Part shown: one piece after another, positions 13,007 through 26,149 of the stretch
How positions within the stretch are numbered: the stretch's first letter is position 1
Layout of the letters: every line of letters starts with the position of its first letter
Made by a program: the position numbers and the translations under genes
NCBI RefSeq assembly: GCF_006345805.1
Contig: NC_043015.1
Span: 36,208,001-36,272,000, forward strand
DNA from: Octopus sinensis
Lineage: Eukaryota
Direction: 5' to 3'
Length of the DNA: 64,000 nucleotides
Notes under the pieces: generated by a model
Databases searched by the model: none
Told to the model about the DNA's origin: nothing
What the model saw: only the letters and a program-made list of their open reading frames with translations

Positions 13007-14154
13007 ATGGCAAAGGAATTGATTGTTTGGGAGCTGGAAGCTCCCAAAAAATATGTCAAACAGCTCGAGGATAAGACCGTGGTACTGAGGACTTATTCAA
13101 GGTCGCTCAACGCTATCATGGTGTTTCCGAAGGCGAAAATTATTGAAGAGCTGGCAAACCACATGCCAGCCGTGAAATATATCACACGGGGAGCCAAATA
13201 CGCAACGGTTTGGTTGCTGTTTGACTCCCCAAAAGATGCTTGCGATTTTGCAAGCAAGCCCATTGAGGGCAAAGAAATCTTGTTTCTCCCTAGTTACAAG
13301 AGAGAAAAATTGACAAGACTATGGGTCTGCGGCCTGCCACCCGGCATTGAACCCGAGTGGATAGAAGACTCTATCCGCCGGGGTCTGGGTGACAGGGACG
13401 CAAAAATCCTAAATGTCAATATACAGCCTGCGGCTGATTGGGAGGGGTCTAAGGCTACCTTAACCCTATGGACCCAGTCAGCCAAGAGTCTGGTTTTGCC
13501 GGAATTTTTGAGAATGGCCGGGTCCAAGTATCCGGTGATGCTTGAGGGACGCCCACCAAGTGTCATCTGTGTTTGGAGACCGGCCACATCAAGAAGAGCT
13601 GCCCCAGGGACCAGAGTAGGATCCTGGAGCGGCTGATATTGGAGCCTCTCCCTGCCTCCTCAATGGAGGGAGAGAAGCAAATTGAGGGGGGAATCCTCCT
13701 CCAAAAGAAAGAGAAAGGTGGGGAGCAAAGGCGACCCACCAAAGGACCTGAAAACTGCGGGAGGGGAGAACCCGGTGCGCACAGCTCCGGAACCTCAGCC
13801 TCTCGTGGCCCAGGGCCAGAAGAAAAAGAAAAAAAGAGAAACGGAGCCCCGCCGGCGGATTGCTACACGCAGACGGCGGTTCCCGAGTATCCCGGGTCCT
13901 CTCAGGCGGGTGTGCCGCCTGAGGGACAATTCGTGGAAGATTTTGTGCTCCTCTTTTCTAAAGGAGAAAAGGTGGAAAGCACCGTAAGAAAAGTGAGAAA
14001 GAAAGGACGTTGGGAGATACTCCGAACCTGTACGGAGAACCCCGAGTGGCCTTCGCAGTTAGCTCCGGAGGTCGTGAGAAGGGCTGATGTACACAGGATC
14101 GTGGGTTCCTTCCCAGCGACTCCTTCGAGATTATACCTCTGGACACTGACCTGA
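13007..14154 (+). CDS. Tx1/L1-type ORF1 nucleic-acid chaperone (putative RRM-like region + CCHC zinc knuckle + basic tail), ~382 aa with one frameshift near 13557
   Basis: ATG at 13007 (aaaATGg). Frame 1 ends ..VMLEGRPP and the -1 frame continues KCHLCLETGHIKKSCP (CX2CX4HX4C at 13561-13602), open to TGA at 14154. GC content is higher than in the flanks. Confidence 0.8.
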
Positions 14155-14994
14155 CCAGCGAGTCTTGCCTCAATGAGGCAAGAGCGATGGTCGGCCGTGT
14201 CACATAGGTTGTGTAACATCTTTGTAACATGTGGAAGAGGAGGTTCATTGCCTCCTCTAAAATTTGTAAAATTTGTAATTGAATGTTAATTTTAACATTT
14301 TTGTAACAGATTGAAGAGGAGGTTTATTGCCTACTCTAAAATTTGTAATTTGTAATCATTGTATTAAATGTAATTATTGAACATTGTTTTAGAGAAGCGA
14401 GAGTCGGCGGGCGCTTTTCACCATCTTCATCCACCACCACCATCATCCATTAATGTCCTTGTCCAGCCCGTAGCAAAATTGTTGAAATAAAGTAGCTTGC
14501 TTACCAACCACATGTTTTCGGGTTCAGTCCCACTACGTGACACCTTCGGCAAGTGGTTTCTACTATAGCCTAGGGCCGACCAAAGCCTTGTGAGTGGATT
14601 TGGTAGACGGAAAACGAAAGAAGACCGTTGTATATATATAACTTATTAGTATGGCGATAACTATTATTTTCCGGAAACGCTGCCGTTGTTCTCTTTTAGA
14701 GAGACTTAGTAATTTTAATATCTCTATTATATATATATGTATATATGTACGTGTGTGTCTGTCTGTGTCTGATTTTGTCCCCCCAACATCGCTTGGCAAC
14801 CGATGGTGGTGTGTTTACGTCCCCGTAACTTAGCGGTTCGGCAAAAGATACCGATAGAATAAGTACTAGGCTTACAAATGACAAGTTCTGGGGTCGATTT
14901 TCTCGACCAAAGGCGGTGCTCCAGCATGGCCGCAATCAAATTACTAAAGCATGTAAAAGAGTAAAAGAGTATTTATATATATATATATCAAATA

Positions 14995-15135
14995 TAGGGC
15001 GGGATTCCACACAATTTCCACCTGCCAAATTCGCTCACAGAGCGACTCCTCGTTACAGAGGCCACGTAAGGCGACGCGTAAGGGACTGAATCCTGAACCA
15101 GGTTGTTTTCAAGGTAGACGCTTTACCATGCTGTC
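14995..15135 (-). mobile_element. SINE family A head fragment
   Basis: tttccacctgccaaattcgctcaca..gggactgaatcctgaacca is the reverse complement of the head and B box. Confidence 0.55.
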
Positions 15136-16081
15136 ATTAATGTTTACTTTTAATACAGTATATTGCATTCACTGTATGACGTCCAGTATTCCTATAGCCT
15201 GATGCAGTCAGCCATTATATCACAGAGACACATACAAAAAGGATAATTACGAGCAGCGTGAGATGAATGGAGTTCTAATATTTCATACAGGTGGATCGGT
15301 CTGGAAGTAATTATGTATGAGTTCTTGGGAGCAATAACGACAGCGTAATGAGAGTCTTCACTCTCTCTCTCTCTCTCTCTGCTGCACAAATTCCTGTATT
15401 TTTATTTTTAAAGAAGTTTTATTTCATTAACGGCATTTGCAGTTAATCGGTGATGTCTTTGGATTCTTCTAGTACTACTAGTTGATAGAAAAGAAAAAAA
15501 AAAGAAAAAGAGAATATGGTATATATATAGGAAGCAAATTAAACACGGGTTATTGAAGTCTGAGAGGTGTACAGATGTTTTGGTTATAATATTAGAGAAT
15601 GCTCTTCAGTTGGAAAGTTTTCGTTGCAAGAATACACTCTGAAGAATAAGAACAAAAAGAAGTGAAGAATACTTACGAGCAAACAAGCAAATATACCAAG
15701 GAAATGATTTTTATTAAAACGAAAAGAAGTAAAACATTTCGAGATTTTGGTAATTAGATTTAAAAACATGGTGGTTAAAATTTTCTAAATTCTTCATTTT
15801 TCTAATGTCGCTTGTTTTTGTTTGATATTTCAACGGATGTGTTGCAAATGTCATCACGTGAGAGGTTAACAGCATGGGATTATAAATTCGTATCTTAAAA
15901 GATTACAGCGAATGAAGAACTCTGCAGCTTCATTTTTGAGTTGAATTCTTGCGTTTGTTGCTAACCAAACGAAACTTGTTGCAAATTAGATAACGCCGAA
16001 TGTTTTCAGTGAATGAAAAACAGATACACCTGCATACACACAAACACAACACACACACAAACACACATATGTATGTATGTT

Positions 16082-16113
<32 letters not shown>

Positions 16114-17839
16114 CGTACGCGACCACCTATGCTTACATACTGAACTTGTATTTCATGTTAACGGAATATCGACTTTAGGAAAGAACGATATTTAACGCAT
16201 TATAAGCAATACATAGATATATTCTACACAAATACGAAAGTCTTCATAAACATCAAGTCTGCGCATTATATATGAGTATATATTCATCTGTATATGTATG
16301 CGTTTTTATGTAAACGCGTGTGTATGTATTTAACGATGCAACTGTATACACTTATGTGCAGACTTGATGTTTATGAAGACTTTCGTATTTGTGTAGAACA
16401 TATCTATGTAGTGCTTATAATGCGTTAAATATATATATAAATATATATGTACTACTAGTTTGCTAGTAGTATATACGAGGGCCATAGCAGTTGTTCCTGT
16501 AACAATACCCCAATCTCCTTTCCAAAATTCCGAGTTTAGATCCCATTCTCCACCCATAACAACTACCCACATCTTATACTTATTAAGCCATTTCTCCTTA
16601 ATATAACCCACCAACTCCCTTTAGCAAATGCCAGATATTTCAATCTTGAACCTAATTGAGAACACAGAGGACATAGTTATTTAACCCTATTTTTAGATTC
16701 CGGTCTAAAAAAATTTATTTTTAATTTAAATTTTAAGTTAATTTAATTTTATTTAATTTTTATTTTCCTTTTATACCATGGATCAGCTTTTATGATAATA
16801 CATATGAAGTAAAATTTAGTAAATATGTTGGGACATGCAGATTGTAACCATGGTAGTAATTAGCATGTGTTTAATTTTAATTTTTAATCTCGTAAAGGTT
16901 TGTGCTTTTGTGCTTTTGTCCTTTCGTGTATCTAAGGTGTAGAATTTACTTAGGAACGGGTACTCATTTACTTGTTCGTCCATTATTACCATCACTTGGA
17001 ATTTTACTGGCAATCTAGGATGCAGGATTCAGCATTTTTTGCAGTAATTCCATTAGCATGCATCACATGTACTAGTTGTCTCCCCTTAACTATAAAAAAT
17101 TACAGCAGTTTGACTGATAATATTTATCTATAGTTGCAGATATTAGAACTGTTAGATGTGATCTTTACATTTGTTCAAACAAAATCACTGTTTCAAGAAA
17201 TATGAAAAATATATAAGTAACTGCAAATTTTGTGCAGAATCCGCTCAGAATTTGATATCTGACTTGACCATTCACCCTTTAACTAACATTTAACCCTTTA
17301 ACATCTGACCCTAAAAAGTAACGCTATCCATTTCACGGATAACTTGGAATTTCAGTGACTAGCGATAGGTTAACACATCAATTTCATAAAATGGTGGATA
17401 ATTTTTTTAAAATATAAGTTTGTGGAAAGAAAAATAAACTTCATCAGAATGAAAATTCTGCTAATAAATTAAATACATACACAGACGAACATCCACCACC
17501 ACCACCACCACCCATCACATGTAGACACACACGTTAACGGATTGGCAGTCGTTTATAATTCACTTGTTAATTTAATGTGGAGTTTAATAGGATTTCGCCT
17601 TTCTCAATAAGAAATTAAGGAAGCATGTAGCTTCAATTAAAAAAGAAAAACAGAACAGTTATTGCAGACCTCAAAAGAGATATAGGAAGAATAGTGGAAC
17701 AAAACCAATTTAATTTGTTCCAAAAAACTTCTTAGTTTCCATTCCATTGCCTTTACATAAATATTTTTCTCTCTTGTAATATGTTCAAATTGAATAATTT
17801 TAATTTACAGAATCGATATCGTTCATAGAAAATACACAC

Positions 17840-17874
17840 AAATACACACACAAATATACATGTATATATATATA

Positions 17875-17907
<33 letters not shown>

Positions 17908-17976
17908 CATGTGTGTATAATTATATATATATACATGTATATATATATATATATATACATGTGTGTATATATATTC

Positions 17977-18007
<31 letters not shown>

Positions 18008-18030
18008 CAGAGAGAGAGAGAGAGAGAGAA
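17840..18030. repeat. (TA)n/(GA)n microsatellite
   Basis: Direct runs. Confidence 0.95.
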
Positions 18031-18755
18031 ACACATCGTGTCTTGGGAGATTCATATATACGTTTGTATGTATATATACATATCATTTGCTGTATCTATA
18101 TTTATATGCTTTCATGCACATAACTACTGGCAAGCAAAGATCAAATTTGCTCAGTTGCTATGTTTCATTTGATATTGATTAAGTTTCGCACATTTAAAAT
18201 TTAAAACTACAAATTCAAATTAACGAGTAGCTCTAATCAAAGAAAGAATAGCGTGTAAGAGTCAGTCTCAGGAATGTATACTTTCCATTTGAGGATTCGA
18301 TATTGGGAATAAAGTGGTCCTCAGCGAAATCCTCCATGGTGTTCTTTGTTCTCAATGGATGCAATACTTCATATTGGTAACTATCAAAGACTGACTAATA
18401 AATAGCAATATAGAATGCAGTTGGTGTAATGAATTTTATAAATTATGAGTGTGGTAGACTATACATTTTCCCCGGAAATTATGAGGAGGCAAAATATGTC
18501 TATAACTATGAACATGCATATATTGACAATATATATACTTCAGAATTGTAACCAAACGTGGGCCACTGACGATTTTCCTTCTTCTTCTTTGGACTTTTAC
18601 TTTTCTCCTTTCCGACGAAGAGCTATGCGCGAAACCTTTAAACTCTCTTCATTCACCGACCGTTAAACGAATACAATTCTTGTGCACGTTCACGTGTTTC
18701 TTTCTTTTTTCGTTTTTATTTGATCTTTGAATTGTTTGTTCATTGAAATGACTAC

Positions 18756-18766
18756 CACACACACAT

Positions 18767-18801
<35 letters not shown>

Positions 18802-18823
18802 ACACACACACACACACACACAC

Positions 18824-18892
<69 letters not shown>
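18756..18892. repeat. (CA)n(TA)n microsatellite
   Basis: Direct runs. Confidence 0.95.
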
Positions 18893-18895
<3 letters not shown>

Positions 18896-19299
18896 GTTTT
18901 ATTTATTAATAAAAAATTATTAATAAATAGGTATATAAAAATATATATATAAGCAGATAAATAAACGAATATATAAACATATCTGCTACAAACCTTTGAT
19001 AAATGTACGACAGGGAACGATAAAATAAAGAGATAAAAATATATAAAGGTCATGGATAGATAGGAAGCAATCTCAGAAGGGATTTTGCTGGGAACATTAG
19101 GAAGCGTCAGTGCAAAGGATTCCTGTCTCTTGTTAAAACATTTGTCTCTCCGAAGGATTTCTCATTCCATTACCCATGAAATCTAAACTTAATAAGGAGC
19201 TTCGGGTTTAATTAAGATTTCGTCTAGTTAAGCCTTACACTGAAATGTTAATCAAATCGTTTCATTACGGATGATTACACAAACACACACATATATAGG

Positions 19300-19490
19300 C
19301 ATACACATACATACATACATACATACATACATACATACATACATACATACATACATACATACATGCATGCATACATACATACATACATACATACATACAT
19401 ACATACATACATACATACATACATGCATGCATACATACATACATACATACATACATACATACATACACACATACACACATGCATGCATAC
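19300..19490. repeat. (TACA)n tetranucleotide array with 60-bp higher-order periodicity
   Basis: 19321-19380 is identical to 19381-19440, each carrying a catgcatg variant. Confidence 0.95.
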
Positions 19491-19820
19491 ATGTGTGGTT
19501 AAGCACTTCGCTTCGCATTCACGTGGTTTCAAGTTCAGTTCTTCTGTGCAGCATATTGGACAAGCGTATTATAATTTAGCCCCAGGCCAACTACTGCTTT
19601 GGGTGAATATGGTTCATGGAAACTGTGTGGAAGCTCATTGTATACGTGTGTGCGTTTGCCTTCCGCGCTTCGTAACCGGTGTTGATATGTTTACGTCTCC
19701 TCATCTTAGAAGTTGTGTATAAAAATACGATATGTTACGTACACACCTGTTGACTTGTTTGACAAAATATTTGAAGGCTGTGCTCCAGCATTGGCGCAGT
19801 CCTGAAAGATGGAACATAAA
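19490..19820 (+). mobile_element. SINE family A, decayed, uninterrupted head
   Basis: gtgtggttaag..gttcagtt..gctccagcattggcgcagtc is colinear with the 12056/14490 copy. Confidence 0.7.
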
Positions 19821-19852
19821 TACACGCGCATGCACAAAAGTACATGTGTATT

Positions 19853-19886
<34 letters not shown>

Positions 19887-21519
19887 TGTGTGTATGTGTG
19901 TGTGTCCGTGTGTGTGTGTTCAGAGATAGACAGACAAAGAAAGATAGAGACAAATAAATTTATAAAGGAACATGTAATGTTTTTCACATTAGCCAACACT
20001 ACAACTGATATTGTGTACATTATGAATCAAATTATTAATCGTATGTAATCACCACATTCTAAAAATGAAAATCGCAGCCACTGTGCAATCTATCTTTTCT
20101 TTCTATCGTACATTTCGCACGACCATTAATTTACACATCTAAATTTGATCGTTTTAATTAGCGGCGTTAGTAGAGCATACGATTTACATTCATTTCCTAT
20201 AAACTTTCAAATAAGATTTCTATCAATTGCTCATTCAATTTGATTAGCATTTCAATGTGAGGCTTAACTAGATGAAATTTTAATTAAATCCGGAGCTCAA
20301 ATATCACATTCATTTCTGTTTTCACTTTAGTAGCCACAGAGTTCATATATGTCTAGGGACAGGAAATATATTAAGTGTTACTTTTCTACATTGCATAACG
20401 GCCATTAATGGCTTGAATGAATTGAAATAGCAACATCAGGGGAATTGAATTACTGATGTGGTTTCCTTTTTAAAAGAGATTATTTGTAACTTCGTGACGA
20501 GTATCAATCCAAGGTTTCTCCTAGGATACTTTGAAGCTGCAAGAATAAAGACGGAAATAATTTTTCCATAAATATTTCAATTAAGATGAGAAATATAAAT
20601 GGCGATGATATTTAAAATTAATCAAAGTTGAATGAATATTACATTTCATTTAAAATCAATGTGAATATAAAGTAATGTTTTTGTTATTGATATTTGGTGT
20701 CATATTCTTTATTACGTAGAACAATAGTCAAAAGGATTCCGGTCAAATCTTTCTCAACCTCTATTTAAACACTGTGCATCAAGGACCACATTATCAGCCT
20801 TTTTTTTTCTGGGGCCTTAGTGTCGTTTCTCCGCTGAAATTTGCCTATACACCTTAAAGTTCCCTTAACGCATTTGAGACGGTACTAATGCTACGCTCCA
20901 TAGACAGGGAGATTCAGCTGCTATTTCTAGTATATCAGGTTATCATTTACATGTGGGCCCTTTCTTCGGACGAAAATATGGTTCCAGTAGAGGGGAGAAA
21001 TTGGGAACATTATATACTACACCATATCCACTTAGCGGCAAATAAATACCAAATTGTATATTACTCTAAACTGTGATCAAGACACGTAATTCTCATTAGT
21101 TCAGATCAGTTTGTTTTAAATAAGGTCCACGTAGCTGTAAAATTCACTATTCAAAATATTGCGTTCGGGGGGAAAAAACCGCACTCGAATCTCAAAAACT
21201 AAGTCCTCTTTAGACATTCGCGCTTGTGTCTGTAAGAAATATTGTGCCTCACAGAAATTCTGATTCTCCCCTGGAGAAGTACCACTTACCTGACTAGCAA
21301 TAACTCCCTAATTCAAATGCTTCAGTAGCTGGTCCACATGTACGCTGACCTCCTACCTCCCTGTTTGTCTGATTGTCTCTCTGTCTCTCTCTCTGAATGT
21401 CAGTCTATCTGTCTTTCTGTCTCTCCTATCGCTACTTTCAGCTTGAGTAAAACGTAAGCAACGTTTTGAACTATGAAGAATTTTTACCGGATGTGTGAAC
21501 GGAGTCCATTTGTATCTTC

Positions 21520-21790
21520 AGACACATTACTTTTTGTCGAATCACTAAGTTAAGGCAACATAAAATTAAATCTGTCAAGTTGTGTGAAATAAACTCAAAC
21601 GCACTCACACATCTTTACAGTGAAGAACTTCCGTGAGGTTCCAGTCGAACAGATTCTCACATGTGGCATTGGTCACTCTAAGTCTATAGTAGAAGAAACT
21701 GGGTGAAACCCCCAAGCGATGAGACGAAACCGGAATCACATTGCTGCGAAGACAACTTGCTAAGCACACAACCATGCCGGCGCCTGTAGA
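21520..21790 (-). mobile_element. SINE family A, decayed
   Basis: ctatagtagaagaaact..gaaaccggaatcacattg..accatgccggcgcct is the reverse complement of the head. Confidence 0.55.
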
Positions 21791-22794
21791 GATGCAATTA
21801 ACTGTCACGTGATTCTAATCAATCTTTCGAATCAATATTATATGTTTTGATAAGTTAAATTAGTAGAAAAAAAGTATGAAACACATTAGAAAACAAAAGC
21901 AAACATTAATTTGTTGGGCGAAAACCTATAAGTAAATGTAGAATGTCGTCAAGATAAATGTCCCCGTTGCAGACGATAAATATTTATCTAATGTCAGATC
22001 GGAAACTTAGTGGTATTATTGTTAAAATGGTGGCAAAACGTAACTTTATATCATTCTGACATATCAGCACATACACATATATTCAGACAGGCAATAGCAG
22101 AAGCACATACACACGCACGTTCATATAGAAGCTGACACCTCTACACATAGGCACAAAACCAAACACAAAGCCATATACACACAGACACGCACGCCCATGC
22201 ACGCACACACAGAGACACACAGGCACACATACACACACACACACACATACACACACACCACACACACATACACACACACACATACACACACACACACACG
22301 TGCTTCTGCCGGGAAGTTAGCAATGTGCTATTAAGAGATATATTATGGTATATATAAGCACAAAGGTACAAATATATATAAATGTATGTCGAGCCTTGCA
22401 TTGCACCGTTAAGTTCGTACTGAAGACTGCGTCCACGACTTACAGCGTATTTTGTGTACATATTTTTATACATGGCGTAGCGCGTACTGTCTCCACATTT
22501 GAACAAGAAATGAAGAGTGAAAGAAAGGGAGAAAACTCTACCCAGTTACTCAGTTGGTACTGTATTTTTATATCCTACACTAGGGAAGACAATGTAAAAG
22601 TGAGATCAGTGGTATGTAAGCTCAGGTAGCAGAGGACCGATGCCGTTACCGTAAAACAATATAGTGAACGATCTAAAACTGTTAATTAGACGCTAAATGA
22701 CTAATTGTTGTAATTACAATATATATCATTATTGTATAATAGTATGCATCACTATGTATGCAGGGATGGATCGATGCATTATGGCTGGGCATCT

Positions 22795-23205
22795 CTTTTA
22801 CCTTTAGTCTTTATCAGTCACTGGACTGCAGCCAAGTTAGGGTCCCACCTTCATTGGTTTGGTTGAACTAATCCACCTTAGTACTTACCTTTAATTCTGG
22901 TAAGGATTCTATCAGTTGCTTTTACGGAATTGTCAAGGTACCGTGACATAAACCACAGCCGGTTGTCAAACGTTGTTGGGCGACAAACACACACACACAC
23001 ACACACACACAATTACGCATGTATATACACAAGCATATATATATACATACCACACACCCGACAGATTTCCCTGCGGTATCTGTCTATCAAGGTCAGCCGG
23101 TGTTGTAATAGAAGGCACTTGCCTAAGGTGCCTCAAGAGTACAACGATCCTGGATTCGACCCAGCTTCTTTATGATCGTGAATTCCACAATCTGACCACC
23201 ACATC
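22795..23205 (-). mobile_element. SINE family A, decayed
   Basis: gactgcagcca, ctagtactta, ggttgtcaa, atagaaggcacttgcctaaggtgcc motifs. Confidence 0.65.
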
Positions 23206-23717
23206 AAACATCTTCCCATACGCACACATAGATTTATAGATGCGTTTGTACTTTACTGAACGTATACAAGAGCAGCAAGGAGAACTTTGAACACACATCT
23301 TCAACAATATTTTATGTTTCGGCAAGTCGACGGTGTCATGGCTAATGCTGAGGCTGCTGATGGTGACAATGTGAAATAACAAATGGCTCTCTTCTACTCC
23401 GACGTGTGTCAACACTTACTTTAATAAGAGACTCTGCTATAGTTTGGAGAGAAAATCGTCAAGAAATAAATATGCTTACGTCGCCATCAGCATCGCCATT
23501 GAAATGCTATCGCTGTTTCTTTGACTTATGATTAAACTGGAATGGGAAACAGCAGCTGACCAATGGTGTTGATATATTTGCTTTCCTACAAAATCGTGCA
23601 AAAGCAAACTTTTCATCACTTACTGCCGTTTTCTTAGCTTAGTGAAGATACTTCACTCTCAAAGGAATATGCACAAAAATATACATATAGTTATACGTAC
23701 ATACACGTATATATATA

Positions 23718-23763
<46 letters not shown>

Positions 23764-24043
23764 ACATAAAAGCACGTGTACATAGGCATACACATAGACA
23801 CACATTCGCACTCACATATATATGTATTTATATATCAATTGACGCAGCAGCAGCAGCAGACGCAAACACAAAATGTAAGAAGTGTTTTATTTCATTTCCT
23901 TAGAAACGTTCAGACTTGTATAAAGAAAAGGAAGCACACCTCCATTACTTCTAATACTTCTGTCATTAATTATAATTCCATGCATTTATAAACAAACACA
24001 TTATATATACATACATGCACATAAACACACACACACATACACA

Positions 24044-24109
<66 letters not shown>

Positions 24110-24759
24110 ATATATTTATCTTGTTTGCTCTACTAATTGAAGGCTTCCATCAAATAACTCCAGCGGAGCACTCTCGCTTTCCAAGTTTATCACATATTCT
24201 GTCCTCTCCTTTGCCGAAATCTTAAGTCACGTGCGGACTGAACAAACCAATAATCTCATTGAAGAGGTGTGATGGGAACAAACATCAATACCCTAGCCTG
24301 GGGTTACAGAGGAGGACACTCGCCTAAGTTTGCGAGCGCTGGGACCGAATGTGAAACCAGGTGATTGTGTCGTAAATCGTGATTCTCAACCTCGTTACCG
24401 TGTAAGTGTGTGTGTATTTATACACACAACACGCACATATACACACACACTGCATGGGTGCATATATGTGTGTGTGTGTGTTTGCGTGGTCAGTTTTGGC
24501 GCAGATTTCATCGACAAAATAGGCCTATTTTAGAATATACTTGGCGAAGCTTCAGTACACAGGACTGAACATGCAACACCTTGTTTGCGACGCCTATGTT
24601 TTGGTCACATTTACATACCTCCACCAAGGTAAATGTGTATGTAAATATACACACGCACGCATAATAGATATATAAGCATTTACTTATGTATATGCGCGCC
24701 GCACGTGAATATACATATATATATATATATATACAGGGAGAGTGTTTGTGTCTCTGTCT

Positions 24760-24885
<126 letters not shown>

Positions 24886-25124
24886 ACAGATATGGATAAG
24901 CATTAAGCCAGTTTTAAATGTGTAAAAGATTAATGTATTAAATGGAGGAAATAATAATTTAATAAAAATATCTGAAGAAAAAGACAAACAAACATAACAG
25001 ATGGATTATTATAAGAAAGGAAATGAGAAAAAATATCTGTCTGTATCTGATAGCAAAGATACTTTGTAGGGAAGAAAATGAGATTGGAGATAGTGAGAGT
25101 CGAAGAGAGATAGTAACAGGGAGG

Positions 25125-25155
<31 letters not shown>

Positions 25156-25296
25156 GGAGAGAGAAAGGGAAGGATGCACAAAATTTTCAGTGAAGGAATT
25201 GTTCCGGAGAATCCAATTTATTCAATAATAAATTGATGTCTGGACAACAATAAATGAAATGTCTATTTGTCTATCAAGCCATATATGTATATATAT

Positions 25297-25402
<106 letters not shown>

Positions 25403-25577
25403 TATATATGCATAACTATGCATGTATGGCTGTACGGCAGCAGTGCCATACTTACACATACATATCTGATAAGTCTCGAAAACGTGATTGATGAGTGAAA
25501 ATGATATTAAAAGTGGAAGACACATAGGAAGCGTAAACTTAATACACACACGCACACACACTCGCCTACACTGAAAT

Positions 25578-26149
25578 ACACTCAAATACACAAGCACGCT
25601 CATACACACACATACTCACATACACTCAAAAATACACAAGCACGCTCATACACGCACACACACACACACGCACATACACTCAAATACACAAGCACGCTCA
25701 TACACACACATACTCACATACACTCAAAAATACACAAGCACGCTCATACACGCACACACACACACACGCACATACACTCAAATACACAAGCACGCTCATA
25801 CACACACACATACTCACATACACTCAAAAATACACAAGCACGCTCATACACGCACACACACACACACGCACATACACTCAAATACACAAGCACGCTCATA
25901 CACACACACGCACACACACTCAAATACACAAGCACGCTCATACACACACACGCACACACACTCAAATACACTGAAATACACATGCACGTTCATACACTCA
26001 CATAAACTCAAATACACAAGCACGCTCATACACACACATACTCACATACACTCAAAAATACACAAGCACGCTCATACACGCACACACACACACGCACATA
26101 CACTCAAATACACAAGCACGCTCACACACGCACACACACATACACTCAA
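25578..26149. repeat. CA-derived minisatellite, ~12 units of 42-52 bp
   Basis: Core cactcaaa(aa)tacacaagcacgctcatacac recurs 11 times plus one variant, with alternating unit types. Confidence 0.95.

Larger units (their letters stand above)
12096..14489 (+). mobile_element. ORF1-only (HAL1-like) non-autonomous non-LTR element with 18-bp TSD
   Basis: aagtagcttgcttaccaa is present at 12078-12095 and 14490-14507. AATAAA lies at the 3' junction (14486-14491). There is a single gag-like ORF and no RT or endonuclease. Confidence 0.85.
12056..14970 (+). mobile_element. tRNA-derived SINE family A, split by a 2.4-kb insertion (head 12056-12095, remainder 14490-14970)
   Basis: The A-box-like tggctgtatggtaag lies left of the insert and the B-box-like gggttcagtccc right of it. 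The body continues through an internal (TA) tract to a taaaagag tail repeat. Homologous uninterrupted copies occur at 19490-19820 and on the minus strand. Confidence 0.9.

Noticed and set aside
12140-14355. LTR retrotransposon or endogenous retrovirus reading of the gag-like ORF
   Set aside because: The repeats are tandem within each UTR, not matching LTRs. No TG..CA ends or PBS were seen, and the 18-bp TSD is too long for an integrase.
16450-17560. Second Helitron-like element
   Set aside because: Some suggestive internal motifs, but no clear hairpin or termini.
25578-26149. CRISPR-like repeat-spacer array
   Set aside because: The inter-repeat segments are CA-repeat variants, not unique spacers; eukaryotic context and no cas genes.
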